Positions 60,094 to 64,000 of a stretch of DNA of 64,000 nucleotides are shown here, piece after piece. The notes under the pieces were generated by a model. That model made no database searches, was not told the origin of the DNA, and saw only the letters and a list, made by a program, of their open reading frames with translations. The position numbers and the translations under genes are program-made. The stretch is from Octopus vulgaris (lineage: Eukaryota), in NCBI GenBank assembly GCA_951406725.2, contig OX597832.1:32054001-32118000 (forward strand), written 5' to 3'. Every line of letters starts with the position of its first letter. The first letter of the stretch is position 1.

Positions 60094-61420
60094 GATGTAA
60101 GCACGCATACATTTTGCCTATTTGTCTCCGTTTATGGAAATTATTTTGTTCCATTTGCATTGCAAAGTATTCCGTAGTGCACGAATCATTATTTGTGCAT
60201 AGAATCATGCGTTTATACACACACACACACACCACATATGCACCACGTATGTTAACAAATACATTAATGCTTTATATTAAGTATTTAACTATATTTGTCC
60301 GTCACTCTTTCCTCTGTTTGTCTCTCTTTCTTTCGCTCTCAGCCTGTCTGTCCGTCTCTCTTTTGGACACGCTACTTAAACTTCAGCTGCGTTAAACTGT
60401 CGAATTATTTGACTCGTGGAAGACCTTTAAGCCGCTATAAACCATCATAAATTCCTGAATGTTGTCCGTTATGCTTTCAGCCTCATTACCGATATTAAAT
60501 TCATGACCACTCGCAAATTGACATGGAGAAAAGAATCTAGATTGCAACATATGACATTTACAACTGTAGTTCGACGATATAGATGACAAGGAATTGGCGT
60601 ATATACACAGACAACATTCCCATATGACAGACTAACAATTCTGCAGACTTTTAGAATATTTCCAGATATTTTATCGCTACAAGTATTTCTTCCAAATATT
60701 CGAATCGCTTGTTAATTGGATAAAGTTGATCTTTAGCTATATCTATTGACTTAAATCTCTGACTAAATAAAACAAAAAACACGATTGGCAACCTTTTGTA
60801 TTGCTACTAAAATACCTATTCGTCTTCAATATCCTAGTAATATGGGTCGGAGTTTAATATTCCGCTGTAGGGCAAGTGTAACGCATTCCCCGTCGCCCCA
60901 CTCAAGCAAAGCATATGGACAAGGGTTAGAAAAGATCATGAGCCTGAAGTGCTTGCTGACGATACGGAAGTGTTTCCGACATTGTCATGGCTTTAGGCCT
61001 CTTCAGGAGAAGAGTTTGCAATACCTCGTAGTTGTTCCTACACTTTCTGCTAGAGGCAAAGTATCTGTGATCGTTATTTTTAGTTTCCATACTTTAAAGA
61101 ATGTTTTAGAGAAATCTGTTTCAATTTGCAACCAGCAAATATTTATCGAGCAGCTGTAATCAGAAATATTGCAAATTCAGTGAAAATCTTATTAAATTCA
61201 ACACGTCTTATTTTAACATGGAAAGGATCAAAGCTAATCCTTTGTTGTACTTAATCTCATACTGTAGCTTCCAATCTTTTATTCATGCTGCATGTAATTC
61301 ATTTTCCACTAAATTCTTTTCACAGATCAGAAAATCTAAAATGTTTGTAAACCATTAAGTACATGCAGGCATAACAGAGAACATAACCAATTGGTATACA
61401 TACGTACATACATACATACA

Positions 61421-61506
<86 letters not shown>

Positions 61507-61542
61507 CATATATATATATCATATGTATATAAGCATATATAC

Positions 61543-61574
<32 letters not shown>

Positions 61575-61576
61575 CT

Positions 61577-61629
<53 letters not shown>

Positions 61630-63440
61630 TCATACATATGTATATATATATATATATTCCTCTTTATATGAACATACATGCATACATACATATATATTTA
61701 TGTATGTATGTTCTTATAAAGAGGGATATATATATATATATATATATATACATATGCATGCATATGTGTATGTGTTTCTTTCTCCAACCTCTCTCTCTCT
61801 ACCCCCCTGTCTCTGTGCGTGCTTGTTTGTGTGTGTTTGCGTGTGAGTGCATGATGGACGCAGGTTTCGGTTATTTACGTTGAAGTTGTCTTTGAAATCA
61901 TGAAGCCCTGGATTAGATTTCATTGTGGGTATCCCTGGCGAAAGAGAAAGAGAGCGAGAGAAAACGGAGAGAGCGAGAGAGAGTGAGATAGATAGATAGA
62001 TAGAGTGAGAGAGGGAGAGAGAGAGCCCTTCGGCCTCCCCAACGTGTGCGATTGCATCTGGGTAGACCAAAACGGTGTCGAAGACCTTCGCACAGACAGC
62101 TGTTCAAATGTCCGTCGCTGATTTTAGTTCGGATGCCAATTCATCCTGTTAATGCAATTGTTGACCAAGTAAAAACAATTCGAATGAGAGAACACCTATA
62201 GCACATGCCTTTACCTGTTTCAAAAAAGGTAGGTGAAAATATGATCTCAAAACACGTCTGTATTTACTCCCCAATAACATTTACGGACTTGTTTTTCAAA
62301 ACCATTATCAACAGAAAAATCTGAATTCCCGAGCACTTTGCACTTTAGAATGAATACCTAACTCTAAAAGAAAATAAGATAAATTGATTAGTCTGATAAT
62401 TATCTTGTGTACTGTCTCTTTATTTGCCATTTAGATGTGCACTATTGCTAGGGATGAGACTTTCTCATCTAAAATAGCTCATGGCACCAGGATAATTAGA
62501 AGTAAATTCTTTTATTCCTTATTAATGAGATTTCTGCAAAGTTTTGAAATAAGTAATTTATTAAAGTACACAAAGGTTAAATACTATAAACATTGTCTCG
62601 CAAAAATATCGCTTTCGATTCATGATCGAATTCTTCAACTACTAAAAGGAAATACAGCTAAACGATAAAGCTTGTGTGTGTTCGCAACATCTTTTAGAAA
62701 TAGCAGCCAGATAGCATCGAATGATCCTCTCCCACTGTCCAATATAAATAACAACGTACATTACAAATGCGATACTTTAATTAACTAAAATGACAATTTG
62801 CACATGGTTGAGATACCTTTAATCATAGATCTGCTCAGTCAAGAATGTTCCAGGGTTAAACAGTAGCATCGATAACCACAACAATATAACGTGCAAGTCT
62901 TCTAGGGGTCTGCAAGGGCAGCGAACCGACAGAATGGTTAGCGCACCGCACAAAATGATTAGCGACACTTCTTCCGGTTTTACGCTCTATGTATAAATAA
63001 GTCTGAGGATGGCTTTGCAGTCATCCTTTATCGATTAAATTGTCGATTGAATTCAAGAGTTGGTAGTTGAAGTAGTTGGTTCTTTGCTCCCCTCCTAGAG
63101 GTACTGGACTTGCGGTAAATGGGAAAGAATTATGATTGGGAGACATTTTATCCAGCGAAGGTAAATGGCAAAATCTTGAAATATTGAGGGACTGATTTAT
63201 TACGAAACACTATTGATCCGACATCAATATAAAGGATTAAGAAAATATGCAAAAACGTTTAATTAAACTGATTGAATTCAGCCGTAGACGAGTCTTTAAC
63301 GTATACGCACTTACGCCTACCTGCAAGAATGTATGTATGTATGTATGTATGTATGTATGTATGTATGTATGTATGTATGTATGTATGTATGTATGCATAC
63401 GTGTATGCATACGTGTATGCATGTATGAATAAATAAATAA

Positions 63441-63501
<61 letters not shown>

Positions 63502-63639
63502 TAGATAGATATATGCAGAGAAAGAAAGAGGGAGAGAGAGAGAGAGAGAGAGAGAGTGAAAGAGAGAAAGAGAGAGAGAGACTGACAGACACAAAGTGAG
63601 GGAGACACCGGTTCTGTCCGAAAAGTCAAATTCATCCTT

Positions 63640-63766
63640 GCTTCCCAACCACATGGTTCCCGGCTCACTCCCATTACACCTTGTCAAGTGTCTTCTACTA
63701 CAGCCACGGGCCGACCAAAGCCTTGTGAGTGGATTTGGTAGACGGAAACTGAAAGAAGCCTGTCGT
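63640..63766 (+). mobile_element. tRNA-derived SINE body
   Basis: gggccgaccaaagccttgtgagtggatttggtagacggaaactgaaagaagcc. Confidence 0.85.
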
Positions 63767-63804
63767 GTATATAAATATATATATATATATGTGTACATAT
63801 ATAT

Positions 63805-63859
<55 letters not shown>

Positions 63860-64000
63860 TACACGTTGTGGTGAATATATTTCCAATTGCTTAAAAATGA
63901 AAATCCAATGTTAACAGATATATTCACCAAGAATATATTAAAATATCTTGAAATACTAAAGAGTAAATTTATTCAATAAAATCTCCATTGGCTTCAACCA

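Overview
Repeat-dense, AT-rich eukaryotic DNA. The SINE/LINE families and the extreme (TA)n/(CA)n/(AAT)n load suggest a coleoid cephalopod, probably Octopus (inference). No complete host gene is visible, and most ORFs in the track are microsatellite read-throughs. Real coding sequence is retrotransposon-derived: a young 5'-truncated CR1/L2-group LINE RT (8508-10341, -), a young 5'-truncated R4/Dong-like RLE element inside an (AAT)n array (41805-43371, +), and older LINE, Tx1 and Penelope fragments. There are many tRNA-derived SINEs. The most interesting signal is a set of type I hammerhead ribozyme (HHR) motifs from several unrelated families, probably Penelope-like-element derived. One pair sits head-to-head in a ~480-bp fold-back with compensatory stem changes (7852-8336). 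Two more fold-back elements occur nearby, one built from a tRNA-like Pol III unit. There is also a possible disrupted exon of a secreted protein (6908-7589, -). All alignments and folds were done by eye.
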